Made by a program: the position numbers and the translations under genes. This document shows, piece by piece, positions 1 through 15,000 of a stretch of DNA of 64,000 nucleotides (position 1 is the first letter of the stretch; every line of letters starts with the position of its first letter). The notes under the pieces were generated by a model, which saw nothing but the letters and a program-made list of their open reading frames with translations, was not told where the DNA came from and did not search any database. This stretch comes from Eledone cirrhosa (Eukaryota), in assembly GCA_964016885.1 (NCBI GenBank), contig OZ024744.1, forward strand, positions 104,656,001 through 104,720,000, written 5' to 3'.

Positions 1-3000
1 CTTGTTCTGCCAGTATAGTATCTAGCCCTTGTCCTGCCACTATAGTATCTAGCCCTTGTTCTGCTAGTATAGTATCTAGCCCTTGTTCTGCCACTATAGT
101 ATCTAGCCTTTGTTCTGCCACTATAGTATCTAGCCCTTGTTCTGCCATTATAGTATCTAGCCCTTGTTCTGCCACTATAGTATCTAGCCCTTGTTCTGCC
201 AGTATAGTATCTAGCCCTTGTCCTGCCACTATAGTATTTAGCCCTTGTTCTTCTAGTATAGTATCTAGCCCTTGTTCTGCCACTATAGTATCTAGCCTTT
301 GTTCTGCCACTATAGTATCTAGCCCTTGTTCGGCCACTATAGTATCTAGCCCTTGTTCTGACACTATATTGTCTAGCCCTTGTCCTGCCACTATAGTATC
401 TAGCCCTTGTTCTGCCACAATAGTATCTAGCCTTTGTTCTGCGACAATAGTATCTTGCCCTTCTTCTGCCACTATAGTAGCTGGCCTTATTCTGCCACTA
501 TAGTATCTAGCCCTTGTTCTGCCACTGTAGTGTCTAGCCCTTGTTCTGCCACTATATTATCTAAGCCTTGTTCTACAAGTATAGTATATACCCCTTGTTC
601 TGTCAGTATAGTATCTAGCCCTTGTTCTGCCACAATAGTATCTAGCCTTTGTTCTGCGACAATAGTATCTTGCCCTTCTTCTGCCACTATAGTAGCTGGC
701 CTTATTCTGCCACTATAGTATCTAGCCTTTGTTGTGCCACTATAGTATCTAGTCCTTGTTCTGCCACTATAGTATCTAGTCCTTGTTCTGCCAGTATAGT
801 ATCTAACCCTTGTTTTCCCACTATAGTGTCTAGCGCATGCTCTGTCAGTATATTGTCTACCCCTTGTTCTGCAATATAGTATCTAACACTTGATCTGCCA
901 CTATAGTATCAGGCCCTTGTTCTGTCACTATAGTATCTAGCCCTTGTTCTGCCAGTATAGTAGGTAGCAATTGTTCTACCACTATATTATCTAGCCTATG
1001 TTCTGCCACTATAATATCTAGCCCTTGTTCAGCTCCTAAAGTATCTAGCCCTAGTTCTGCCACTACAGTATCTAGCCCTTTTTCTGTCACTATAGTATCT
1101 AGCCATGGTTCTCTGAGTGTAGTTTCTAGACCTTCATTCTGCCACTATAGTATCTACCCCTTGTTCTGCCACTATAGTATCTACCTCTTGTTCTGCCACT
1201 ATATTGTCTAGCCCTTGTTCTGCCACTATGTTGTCTGGCCCTTGTTCTGCCACTATAGTATCTAGCCCTTGTTCTGCCACTATAGTATCTACCCCTTGTT
1301 CTGCCACTATTGTATCTAGCCCTTGTTCTGCCACTATAGTATCTAGCCTTTGTTCTGTCAGTATAGTAGCTAGCCCTTGTTCGGGCAGTATAGTATCTAG
1401 CCCTTGTTCTGCCACTATAGTATCTAGCGCATTCTCTGCCAGTATAGTATCTAGCCTTTGTTCTGCCACAATAGTATCTAGCCCTTGTTCTACCACTATA
1501 GTATCTAGCCCTTGTTCTGCCACTATAGTATCTACCCCTTGTTCTACCACTATAGCAACTAGCTCTTGTTCTCAGACTATAGTATCTAGCCTTTGTTCTG
1601 TCAGTGTAGTTTCTAGCCCTTGTTCTGCCAGTATAGTAGCTAGCCCTTGTTTTACCTCTATAGTATCTAGCCTTGTTCTGCCAGTATAATATCTAACCCT
1701 TGTTCAGCCAATATAGTATCTAGCCTTTGTTTTGCCACTATAGTATCTACCCCTTGTTCTGCCACAATAGTATCTAGTCCTTGTTCTGCCACAATAGTAT
1801 CTAGTCCTTGTTCTGCCAGTATAGTATCTACCGCTTGTTCTCCCACTATAGTATGTAGCCCTTGTTCTGCCACTATAGTATCTACCCCTTGTTCTGACAG
1901 TATAGTATCTAGCCCTTGTTCTGCCACTATAGTATCTAACCCTTGTACTGCCACTATAATATCTAGCTCTTGTTCTGCCACTATAGTATCTAGCCCATGT
2001 TCTGCCACTATAGTATGTAGCCCTTGTTCTGCCACTATAGTATCTAGCCCTTGTTCTGACAGTATAGTATCTAGCCCTTGTTCTGCCACTATAGTATCTA
2101 ACCCTTGTCCTGTCAATATAGTATGTAGCACTTGTTCTGTCACTATAGTATCTAGCCCTTGTAATGCCACTATAGTATCTAGCCCTTGTTCTGCCACTAT
2201 ATTGTCTAACCCTTGTTCTGCCACTATATTGTCTAGCCCTTGTTCTGACACTATAGTATCTAGCCCTTGTTCTGGCACTATATTGTCTAGCCTTTGTACT
2301 GCCACTACAGTATCGAGCCCTTGTTCTACCTCTATAGTATCTAGCCCTAGTTCTGCCACTATAGTATCTAGCCCTTGTTCTACCACTATAGTATCTAGCC
2401 CTTGTTCTGCCACTATAGAATCTAGCCTTTGTTCTGCCACTAAAGTATCTAGCCCTTGTTCTGCCACTACAGTATCTAGCGCATTCTCTGCCAGTATAGT
2501 GTCTACCCCATTTACTGAAATATAGTATCTAACACTTGTTCTCCCACTATAGTATCTAGCCCTTGTTCTATCAGTGTAGTTTCTAGACCTTGTTCTAGCA
2601 CTATAGTATCTAGCCCTTGTTCTGCCAGTATAGTATCTAGCCCTTGTTCTGCCACTATAGTATCTAGCTTTGTTTGGCCAGAATAGTATCTATCCCTTGT
2701 TTTCCCACTATAGTATCTAGCCTTTCTTCTGCCACTATAGTATCTACCCCTTCTTCTGCCACAATAGTATCTAGCCCTTGTCCTGCCACTATAGTATCTA
2801 GGCTGTGTTCTGCTACTATAGTATCTAGCCCTTGTTCTGCCACTATAGTATCTCACCCTTGTCCTGCCACTATAGTATCTAGCCCTTGTTCTGCCACTAT
2901 AGTATCTACCCCTTGTTCTGCCACTATAGTATCTTGCCCTTGTTCAGCCAGTATGGTATATACCACTTGTTCTCTCAGTAGGGTATCTAGCACTTGTTCT

Positions 3001-6000
3001 GTCACTATAGTATCTAGCCTTGTTCTGCCAGTATAGTATCTAGCCCTTGTTTTCCCACTATAGTATCTAGTCCTTGTTCTGCCACTATAGTGTCTAGCGC
3101 ATGCTCTGCCAATATAGTGTCTACCTCTTGTTCTGCAATATACTATCTAACACTTGTTGTGTCACTATAGTATGTAGCCCTTGTTCTGCCAGTATAGTAG
3201 CTAGCAATTGTTCTACCACTATAGTATCTAGCCCTTGTTCTGCCAGTATAGTATCTAGCGCTTATTCTGCCACTATAGTATCTAGCCTTTGTTCTGTCAG
3301 TGTAGTTTCTAGACCTTGTTCTGCCACTATACAATCTAGACCTTGTTCTGCCAGTATAGTAGATAGCTCTTGTTCTACCATTATAGTATCTAGCCTTGTT
3401 CTGCCAGTATAGTATCTAGCCCTTGTTTTACCACTATAGTATCTAGCCCTTCTTCTGCCACTACAGTATCTAACCCTTGTTCTGCCACTATCGTATCTAA
3501 CCCTTGTTCTCTCACTATAGTATCTACCCCTTGTTCTGCCACTATAGTATCTAGCCCTGGTTCTGTCACTATAGTATCTAGCCCTTGTTCTACCAGTATG
3601 GTAGCTAGCAAATGTTCTACCACAATAGTATCTAGCCCTTGTTCTGCCACTTTAGTATCTAGTCCTTGTGCCACTATAGTATCTAGCCCTTGTTCTGCCA
3701 CTATAGTGTCTAGACCTTGTTCTGCTACTATAGTATCTACCCCTTGTTCTACCACTATAGTATCTAGGCCTTGCCCTGCCACTATAATATCTAACCCTTG
3801 TTCTGTCACAATAGTATCTAGCCCATGTTCTGCCAGTATAGTAGCTGGCAATTGTTCTACCACTATATTATCTAGCCTATGTTCTGCAACTATAGTATCT
3901 AAACCTTGTTCTCTCACTATAGTATCTAGCCCTTGTTCTGCCAGTATAGTATCTAGCCCTTGTTCTGCCACTATAGTATCTAGCCCTTGTTCTGCCACTA
4001 TAGTATCTAGCCCTTCTCCTGCCACTATAGTATCTAGTCTTTGTTCTGCCACTATAGTAGCTAGCCCTTGTTCTGCCACTATAGTATCTAGCGCATTCTC
4101 TGCCAGTATAGTATCTAGCCTTTGTTCTGCCACAATAGTATCTAGCCCTTGTTCTACCACTATAGTATCTAGCCCTTGTTCTACCACTATAGTATCTAGC
4201 CCTTGTTCTGCCACTATAGTATCTACCCCTTATTCTGCCACTATAGCAACTAGCCCTTGTTCTCAGACTATAGTATCTAGCCTTTGTTCTGTCAGTGTAG
4301 TATCTAGCGCATTCTCTGCCAGTATAGTAGCTAGCCCTTGTTTTACTTCTATAGTATCTAGCCTTGTTCTGCCAGTATAATATCTAACCCTTGTTCAGCC
4401 AATATAGTATCTAGCCTTTGTTTTGCCACTATAGTATCTACCCCTTGTTCTGCCACAATAGTATCTAGTCCTTGTTCTGCCACAATAGTATCTAGTCCTT
4501 GTTCTGCCAGTATAGTATCTACCGCTTGTTCTCCCACTATAGTATGTAGCCCTTGTTCTGCCACTATAGTATCTACCCCTTGTTCTGACAGTATAGTATC
4601 TAGCCCTTGTTCTGCCACTATAGTATCTAACCCTTGTACTGCCACTATAGTATCTAGCTCTTGTTCTGCCACTATAGTATCTAGCCCTTGTTTTCCCACT
4701 ATAGTATCTAGCCCATGTTCTGCCACTATAGTATGTAGCCCTTGTTCTGCCACTATAGTATCTAGCCCTTGTTCTGACAGTATAGTATCTAGCCCTTGTT
4801 CTGCCACTATAGTATCTAACCCTTGTCCTGTCAATATAGTATGTAGCACTTGTTCTGTCACTATAGTATCTAGCCCTTGTAATGCCACTATAGTATCTAG
4901 CCCTTGTTCTGCCACTATATTGTCTAACCCTTGTTCTGCCACTATATTGTCTAGCCCTTGTCCTGCCACTATAGTATCTAGCCCTTGTTCTGGCACTATA
5001 TTGTCTAGCCTTTGTACTGCCACTATAGTATCTAGCCCTTGTTCTACCTCTATAGTATCTAGCCCTAGTTCTGCCACTATAGTATCTAGCCCTTGTTCTA
5101 CCACTATAGTATCTAGCCCTTGTTCTGCCACTATAGTATCTAGCCTTTGTTCTGCCACTAAAGTATCTAGCCCTTGTTCTGCCACTACAGTATCTAGCGC
5201 ATTCTCTGCCAGTATAGTGTCTACCCCATTTTCTGAAATATAGTATCTAACACTTGTTGTGTCACTATAGTATGTAGCCCTTGTTCTGCCAGTATAGTAG
5301 CTAGCAATTGTTCTACCACTATAGTATCTAGCCCTTGTTCTGCCAGTATAGTATCTAGCGCTTATTCTGCCACTATAGTATCTAGCCCTTGTTCTGTCAG
5401 TGTAGTTTCTAGACCTTGTTCTGCCACTATACAATCTAGACCTTGTTCTGCCAGTATAGTAGCTAGCTCTTGTTCTACCACTATAGTATCAAGCCTTATT
5501 CTGCCAGTATAGTATCTAGCCCTTGTTTTACCACTATAGTATCTAGCCCTTCTTCTGCCACTATAGTATCTAACCCTTGTTCTGCCACTATCGTATCTAA
5601 CCCTTGTTCTCTCACTATAGTATCTACCCCTTGTTCTGCCACTATAGTATCTAGCCCTTGTTCTTTCACTGTAGTATCTAGCCCTTGTTCTGCCACTATA
5701 GTGTCTAGAGCTTGTTCTGCTACTATAGTATCTACCCCTTGTTCTACCACTATAGTATCTAGGCCTTGCCCTGCCACTATAATATCTAACCCTTGTTCTC
5801 TCACTATAGTATCTACCCCTTGTTCTGCCACTATAGTATCTAGCCCTTGTTCTGTCACTATAGTATCTAGCCCTTGTTCTACCAGTATAGTAGCTAGCAA
5901 ATGTTCTACCACAATAGTATCTAGCCCTTGTTCTGCCACTTTAGTATCTAGTCCTTGTTGTGCCACTATAGTATCTAGCCCTTGTTCTGCCACTATAGTA

Positions 6001-9000
6001 TCTAGGCCTTGCCCTGCCACTATAATATCTAACCCTTGTTCTGTCACTATAGTATCTAGACCATGTTCTGCCAGTATAGTAGCTGGCAATTATATATTAT
6101 CTAGCCTACATTCTGCAACTATAGTATCTAGACCTTGTTCTGCCAGTATAGTATCTAGCCCTTGTTCTGCAATATAGAATCTAGTCCTTGTTCCGCCACT
6201 ATAGTGTCTAGCCCGTGTTCTGCCAGTATAGTATCTAGCCCTTGTTCTGCCACCATAGTATCTAGCGCATGCTCTGCCGGTATAGTGTCTACCCATTTTT
6301 CTGAAATATAGTCTCTAACACTTAAATACTTAAATACTGAAATATAGTTCTGCCACTATAGTATCTAGCCCTTGTTCTGCCACTATAGTATCTAGCGCAT
6401 TCTCTGCCAGTATAGTATCTAGCCTTTGTTCTGCCACAATAGTATCTAGCCTTTGTTCTGCCACAATAGTATCTAGCACTTGTTCTACCACTATAGTATC
6501 TAGCCCTTGTTCTGCCACTATAGTATCTACCCCTTGTTCTGCCACTATAGCAACTAGCCCTTGTTCTCTGACTATAGTATCTAGACCTTGTTCTGTCAGT
6601 GTAGTTTCTAGCCCTTGTTCTGCCAGTATAGTAGCTAGCCCTTGTTTTACCTCTATAGTATCTAGCCTTGTTCTGCCAGTATAGTATCTAACCCTTGTTC
6701 AGCCAATATAGTATCTAGCCTTTGTTTTGCCACTATAGTATCTACCCCTTGTTCTGCCACAATAGTATCTAGTGCTTGTTCTGCCACAATAGTATCTAGT
6801 CATTGTTCTGCCAGTATAGTATCTACCACTTGTTCTCGCACTATAGTATGTAGCCCTTGTTCTGCCACTATAGTATCTACCCTTTGTTCTGACAGTATAG
6901 TATCTAGCCCTTGTTCTGCCACTATAGTATCTAACCCTTGTACTGCCACTATAGTATCTAGCTCTTGTTCTGCCACTATAGTATGTAGCCCTTGTTTTCC
7001 CACTATAGTATCTAGCCTTTGTTCTGCCACTAAAGTATCTAGCCCTTGTTCTGCCACTACAGTATCTAGCGCATTCTCTGCCAGTATAGTGTCTACCCCA
7101 TTTTCTGAAATATAGTATCTAACACTTGTTGTGTCACTATAGTATGTAGCCCTTGTTCTGCCAGTATAGTAGCTAGCAATTGTTCTACCACTATAGTATC
7201 TAGCCCTTGTTCTGCCAGTATAGTATCTAGCGCTTATTCTGCCACTATAGTATCTAGCCCTTGTTCTGTCAGTGTAGTTTCTAGACCTTGTTCTGCCACT
7301 ATACAATCTAGACCTTGTTCTGCCAGTATAGTAGCTAGCTCTTGTTCTACCACTATAGTATCAAGCCTTATTCTGCCAGTATAGTATCTAGCCCTTGTTT
7401 TACCACTATAGTATCTAGCCCTTCTTCTGCCACTATAGTATCTAACCCTTGTTCTGCCACTATCGTATCTAACCCTTGTTCTCTCACTATAGTATCTACC
7501 CCTTGTTCTGCCACTATAGTATCTAGCCCTTGTTCTTTCACTGTAGTATCTAGCCCTTGTTCTGCCACTATAGTGTCTAGAGCTTGTTCTGCTACTATAG
7601 TATCTACCCCTTGTTCTACCACTATAGTATCTAGGCCTTGCCCTGCCACTATAATATCTAACCCTTGTTCTCTCACTATAGTATCTACCCCTTGTTCTGC
7701 CACTATAGTATCTAGCCCTTGTTCTGTCACTATAGTATCTAGCCCTTGTTCTACCACTATAGTAGCTAGCAAATGTTCTACCACAATAGTATCTAGCCCT
7801 TGTTCTGCCACTTTAGTATCTAGTCCTTGTTGTGCCACTATAGTATCTAGCCCTTGTTCTGCCACTATAGTATCTAGGCCTTGCCCTGCCACTATAATAT
7901 CTAACCCTTGTTCTGTCACTATAGTATCTAGACCATGTTCTGCCAGTATAGTAGCTGGCAATTATATATTATCTAGCCTACATTCTGCAACTATAGTATC
8001 TAGACCTTGTTCTGCCAGTATAGTATCTAGCCCTTGTTCTGCAATATAGAATCTAGTCCTTGTTCCGCCACTATAGTGTCTAGCCCGTGTTCTGCCAGTA
8101 TAGTATCTAGCCCTTGTTCTGCCACCATAGTATCTAGCGCATGCTCTGCCGGTATAGTGTCTACCCCTTTTTCTGAAATATAGTCTCTAACACTTAAATA
8201 CTTAAATACTGAAATATAGTTCTGCCACTATAGTATCTAGCCCTTGTTCTGCCACTATAGTATCTAGCGCATTCTCTGCCAGTATAGTATCTAGCCTTTG
8301 TTCTGCCACAATAGTATCTAGCCTTTGTTCTGCCACAATAGTATCTAGCACTTGTTCTACCACTATAGTATCTAGCCCTTGTTCTGCCACTATAGTATCT
8401 ACCCCTTGTTCTGCCACTATAGCAACTAGCCCTTGTTCTCTGACTATAGTATCTAGACCTTGTTCTGTCAGTGTAGTTTCTAGCCCTTGTTCTGCCAGTA
8501 TAGTAGCTAGCCCTTGTTTTACCTCTATAGTATCTAGCCTTGTTCTGCCAGTATAGTATCTAACCCTTGTTCAGCCAATATAGTATCTAGCCTTTGTTTT
8601 GCCACTATAGTATCTACCCCATGTTCTGCCACAATAGTATCTAGTGCTTGTTCTGCCACAATAGTATCTAGTCATTGTTCTGCCAGTATAGTATCTACCA
8701 CTTGTTCTCGCACTATAGTATGTAGCCCTTGTTCTGCCACTATAGTATCTACCCTTTGTTCTGACAGTATAGTATCTAGCCCTTGTTCTGCCACTATAGT
8801 ATCTAACCCTTGTACTGCCACTATAGTATCTAGCTCTTGTTCTGCCACTATAGTATGTAGCCCTTGTTTTCCCACTATAGTATCTAGCCCATGTTCTGCC
8901 ACTATAGTATGTAGCCCTTGTTCTGCCACTATAGTATCTACCCCTTGTTCTGACAGTATAGTATCTAGCCCTTGTTCTGCCACTATAGTATCTAACCCTT

Positions 9001-12000
9001 GTCCTGTCAATATAGTATGTAGCACTTGTTCTGTCACTATAGTATCTAGCCCTTGTAATGCCACTGTAGTATCTAGCCCTTGTTCTGCCACTATATTGTC
9101 TAACCCTTGTTCTGCCACTATATGGTCTAGCCCTTGTCCTGCCACTATAGTATCTAGCCCTTGTTCTGGCACTATATTGTCTAGCCCTTGTCCTGCCACT
9201 ATAGTATCTAGCCCTTGTTCTACCACTATAGTATCTAGCCCTTGTTCTGCCACTATAGTATCTAGCCCTTGTTCTGCCACTATAGTATCTAACCCTTGTC
9301 CTGTCAATATAGTATGTAGCACTTGTTCTGTCACTATAGTATCTAGCCCTTGTAATGCCACTATAGTATCTAGCCCTTGTTCTGCCACTATATTGTCTAA
9401 CCCTTGTTCTGCCACTATATTGTCTAGCCCTTGTCCTGCCACTATAGTATCTAGCCCTTGTTCTGGCACTATATTGTCTAGCCTTTGTACTGCCACTATA
9501 GTATCTAGCCCTTGTTCTACCTCTATAGTATCTAGCCCTAGTTCTGCCACTATAGTATCTAGCCCTTGTTCTGCCACTATAGTATCTAGCGCATTCTCTG
9601 CCAGTATAGTGTCTACCCCTTTTTCTGAAATATAGTATCTAACACTTGTTCTCCCACTATAGTATCTAGCCCTTGTTCTGTCAGTGTAGTTTCTAGACCT
9701 TGTTCTGGCACTATAGTATCTAGCCCTTGTTCTGCCAGTATAGTATCTAGCCCTTGTTCTGCCACTATAGTATCTAGCTTTGTTTGGCCAGAATAGTATC
9801 TATCCCTTGTTTTCCCACTATAGTATCTAGCCTTTCTTCTGCCACTATAGTATCTACCCCTTCTTCTGTCACAATATTATCTAGCCCTTGTCCTGCCACT
9901 ATAGTATCTAGCCCTTGTTCTGCCAGTATAGTGTCTAGACTTTGTTCTGGCACTGTAGTATCTATCCCTTTTTCTTCTACTATAGTATCTAGCCCTTGTT
10001 CTGCCACTATAATATCTGGCCCTTGTTCTGCCACTATAGTGTCTAGACCTTGTTCTGGCACTATAGTAACTAGCCCTTGTTCTGCCACTATAGTATCTTG
10101 CCCCTGTTCGGCCAGTATGGTATATACCCCTTGTTCTCTCAGTAGGGTATCTAGCACTTGTTCTATCACTATCGTATCTAGCCTTGTTCTGCCAGTATAG
10201 TATCTAGCCCTTGTTTTCCCACTATAGTATCTAGCCCTTGTTCTGCCAGTATAGTAGCTAGCAATTGTTCTACCATTATAGTATCTAGCCCTTGTTCTGC
10301 CAGTATAGTATCTAGCGCTTATTCTGCCACTATAGTATCTAGCCCTTGTTCTGTCAGTGTAGTTTCTAGACCTTGTTCTGCCACTATACAATCTAGCCCT
10401 TGTTCTGCCAGTATAGTAGCTAGCTCTTGTTCTACCACTATAGTATCTAGCCTTGTTCTGCCAGTATAGTATCTAGCCTTGTTCTGCCAGTATAGTACCT
10501 AGCCCTTGTTTTCCCACTATAGTATCTAGCCCTTCTTCTGCCACTATAGTATCTAACCCTTGTTCTGCCACTATCGTATCTAACCCTTGTTCTCTCACTA
10601 TAGTATCTACCCCTTGTTCTGCAACTATAGTATCTAGACCTTGTTCTCTCACTATAGTATCTAGCCCTTGTTCTGCCAGTATAGTATCTAGCCCTTGTTC
10701 TGCAATATAGTATCTAGTCCTTGTTCCGCCACTATAGTGTCTAGCCCGTGTTCTGCCAGTATAGTATCTAGCCCTTGTTCTGCCACCATAGTATCTAGCG
10801 CATGCTCTGCCGGTATAGTGTCCACCTCCTTTTCTGCAATATAGTCTCTAACACTTGTTCTGCCACTATAGTATCTAGCCCTTGTTCTCCCACTGTAACA
10901 TCTAGCCCTTGTTCTACAACTATAGTATCTAGCCCTTGTTCTGTCAGTATACTTTCTAGACCTTGTTCTGGCACTATAGTATCTAGCCATTGTTCTGCCA
11001 CTATAGTATCTAACCTTGTCCTGCCAGTATAGTATCTAGCCTTGTTCTGCGACTATTGGATCTAGCCCTTGTTCTGCCACTATATTGTCTAGACCTTGTT
11101 CTTCCACTATAGTATCTACCCCTTGTTCTCCCACTATAGTGTCTAACCGTTGTTCTGCCAATATAGTATCTAGCCGTTGTTCTGCCACTATAGTATCTAC
11201 CCCTTGTTCTGCCGCAATAGTATTTGCCCTTGTCCTCCCACTATAGTATCTAGCCCTTGTTCTGCCACTATAGTATCTAGCCCTTGTTCTGAAACAATAG
11301 TATCTAGCCCTTGGTCTCCCACTATAGTATTTAGCCCTTGTTCTGCCACTATAGTATCTAGCGCATGCTCTGCCAGTATAGTGTCTACGCCTTTTTCTGC
11401 AATATAGTATCTAACACTTGTTCTGCCACTATAGTATCTAGCCCTTGTTCTGCCACTATAGTATCTACCGCTTGTTCAGAAACAATAGTATCTAGCTCTT
11501 GTTCTCACACTATAGTATCTAGCCTTGTTCTGCCAGTATAATATCTAGCCCTTGTTCTGCCACTATATTATCTACCGTTTGTTCTGCCAGTATAGTATCT
11601 AGCCTTTCTTCTGCCACTATAGTATCTACCGCTTGTTCTGCCACTATAGTATCTAGCCCTTGTTCTGCCAGTATAGTATCTAGCCCTTGTTCTGCCACTA
11701 TAGTATCTAGCACTTGTTCTGTTACTATAGTATCTAGCCCTTGTACTGGCACTATAGTATCTAGCCATTGTTTTCCCAGAATAGTATCTATCCCTTGTTT
11801 TCGCAATATCGTATCTAGCCCTTGTTCTGGCATTATATTGTCTAGCCCTTGTTCTGCCACTATAGTATCTAGCCTTTGTTCTACCTCTATAGTATCTAGC
11901 CCTTGTTTTCCCACTATAGTATCTAGCCCTTGTACTGCCAGTATAGTATCTACTCCTTGTTCTGCAACTAGAGTATCTAGCCCTTGTTCTGCCACTATAG

Positions 12001-15000
12001 TATCTACCCCTCGTTCAGCCACTATAGTATCTAGCCCTTTTACTGCCACTATAGTATCCAGTCCTTGTTCTCCCAGTATAGTATCTAGCCCTTGTTCTGG
12101 CACTATAGTATCTAGCCCTTGTTCTGCCAGTATAGTATCTAGCACTTGTTCTGTCACTATAGAATCTAGTCCTTGTTCTGCCAGTATAGTAGCTAGCCCT
12201 TGTTCTGCTACTAAACTAACTAACCCTAGTTCTGCCACTATAGTATCTAGCCCTTGTTCTGTCAGTATAGTATCTAGCCCTTGTTCTGCCACTATAGTAT
12301 CTAGTCCTTGTTGTTCCACTATAGTATCTAGCCCTTGTTCTGCCACTATAGTATCTACCCCTTGTTCTGTCACTATAGTATCTAGTCCTTGTTGTGCCAC
12401 TATAGTATCTAGCCCTTGTTCTGCCACTATAGTATCTACCACTTGTTCTGCCACTATAGTATCTACCCCTTGTTCTGCCACTATAGTATCTAGCCCTTGT
12501 TCTGCCAGTATAGTAGCTAGCCCTTGTCCTGCCACTATATTATCTAGACCTTGTTCTGCCACTATAATATCTAGACCGTGTTCTGCCAATATTGTATCTA
12601 CCCCTTTTTCTGCCACAATATTATTTGCCCTTGTCCTCCCACTATAGTATCTAGCCCTTGTTCTGTCAGTGTAGTTTCTAGACCTTGTTCTGGCACTATA
12701 GTATCTAGCCCTTGTTCTGCCAGTATAGTAGCTAGCTCTTGTTCTACCTCTATAGTATTTAGCCTTCTTCCGCAAGTATAGTATCTAGCCCTTGTTTTCC
12801 CACTATAGTGTCTACCCCTTGTTCTGCCACTATGGTATCTACACCTTGTTCTGCCACAATAGTATCTAGCCCTTGTCCTGCCACTATAGTATCTAGCCCA
12901 TGTTCTGCCAGTATAGTATCTAGCCGTTGTTCTGCCCCTATAGTATCTACCCCTTGTTCTGCCAGTATAGTACATACCCCTTGTTCTGTCAGTATAGTAT
13001 CTAGCACTTGTTCTATCACTATAGTATCTAGCCGTTGTACTGCCACTATAGTATCTAGCCCTTGTTCTGTCAGTATAGTATCTAACCCTTGTTCAGCAAC
13101 TATATATTCTAGCCCTTGCTCTTCCACTATAGTAACTAGCCCTTGTTCTGGCAATATAGTATCTAGCCCTTGTTCTGTCAGCATAGTATCTAGCCCTTGT
13201 TCTGCGACCATATTGTCTAGCCCTTGTTTTGCCATTATAGTATCTAGTCCTTGTTCTGTCAGTGTAGTCTCTAGCCCTTGTTCTGCCACTATAGTATCTA
13301 GCCCTTGTTCTGTCACGATAGTATCTAGCGCATGCTCTGCCAGTATAGTCTACGCCTTTTTCTGCAATATAGTATCTAACACTTGTTCTGCCACTATAGT
13401 ATCTACCGCTTGTTCTGCCACTATAGTATCTAGCCCTTGTTCTGCCAGTATAATACATAACACTTGTTCTGTCACTATAGTATCTAGCCCTTGTTTTGCC
13501 ACTATAGTATCTAGCCCTTTTACTGCCACTATAGTATCTAGCCCTTGTTCTGCCACTATAGTATCTAGCCCTTATTCTGCCAGTATAGTAGCTAGCCCTT
13601 GTCCTACCTCTATAGTATCTCACCCTTTATCTGCCACTATAGTATCTAGCCCTTGTTCTTCCAGTATAGTACATACCCATTGTTCTGTCAGTATAGTATC
13701 TAGCCCTTGTTCTTCCAGTATAGTACATACCCATTGTTCTGCCACTATAGTATCTAGCCCTTGTTCTTCCAGTATAGTACATACCCATTGTTCTGTCAGT
13801 ATAGTATCTAGCCCTTGTTCTTCCAGTATAGTACATACCCATTGTTCTGCCACTATAGTATCTAGCCCTTGTTCTTCCAGTATAGTACATACCCATTGTT
13901 CTGTCAGTATAGTATCTAGCACTTGTTCTGTCACTATAGAATCTAGCCCTTGTTCTACCACTATAATATCTAGCCCTTGTTCTGCCAATATAGTATCTGG
14001 CCCTTGTTCTGCCACTATAGTATCTAGCCCTTGTTCTGCCAGTATAGTATCTAGCTCTTGTTCTGCCACTATAGTATCTAGCCCTTGATCCATCAGTCTA
14101 GTTTCTAGACCTTGTTCTGCCACTATAGTATATAGCCCTTGTTCTGCCACTATAGTATCTAGCCCTTGATCTGCCAGTGTAGTTTCTGGACCTTGATCTG
14201 CCACTATAGTATCTAACCCTTGTTTTCCAACTATAGTATCTAGCCCTTGTTCTCCCACTATAGTATCTAGCCCTTGTTCTGTCAGTGTAGTTTCTAGACC
14301 TTGTTCTGTCAGTGTAGTTTCTAGACCTTGTTCTCCCACTATAGTATCTAGCCCTTGTTCTGTCAGTATACTTTCTAGACCTTGTTCTCCCACTATAGTA
14401 TCTAGTGCTTGTTCGGTCAGTATAGTAGCTAGCCCTTGTTCTAGATCTATAGTATCTAGCCTTGTTCGGCCAGTATAGTATCTAGCCCTTGTTCTGCCAC
14501 TATATTGTCTAGACATTGTTCTGCCACTATAGTATCTACCCCTTGTTCTTCCACAATAGAATTTGCCCTTGTCCTCCCAGTATAGTATCTAGCCCTTGTT
14601 CTGCCAGTATAGTAGCTAGCCCTTGTTCTACCTCTATAGTATCTAGCCTTGTTCTGCAAGTATAGTATCTAGCCCTTGTTTTCCCACTATAGTATCTAGC
14701 CCTTGTTCTGCCACTATAGTATCTAGCCTTGTTCTACCACTATAGTATATACCCCTCTATCTGCCACTATAGAATCTACCCCTTGTTCTCCCACTATAGT
14801 GTCTAACCTTTGTTCTACCAATATAGTATCTACCCCTTGTTCTGCCACAATAGTATCTAGCCCTTGTCCTGCCACTATAGTATCTAGCCCATGTTCTGCC
14901 AGTATAGTATCGACCCTTCTTCTGCTACTATAGTATCTATCCCTTGTTCTGCCAGTATAGTAGCTAGCCCTTGTTCTGCCACTATAGTATCTACCCCTTT

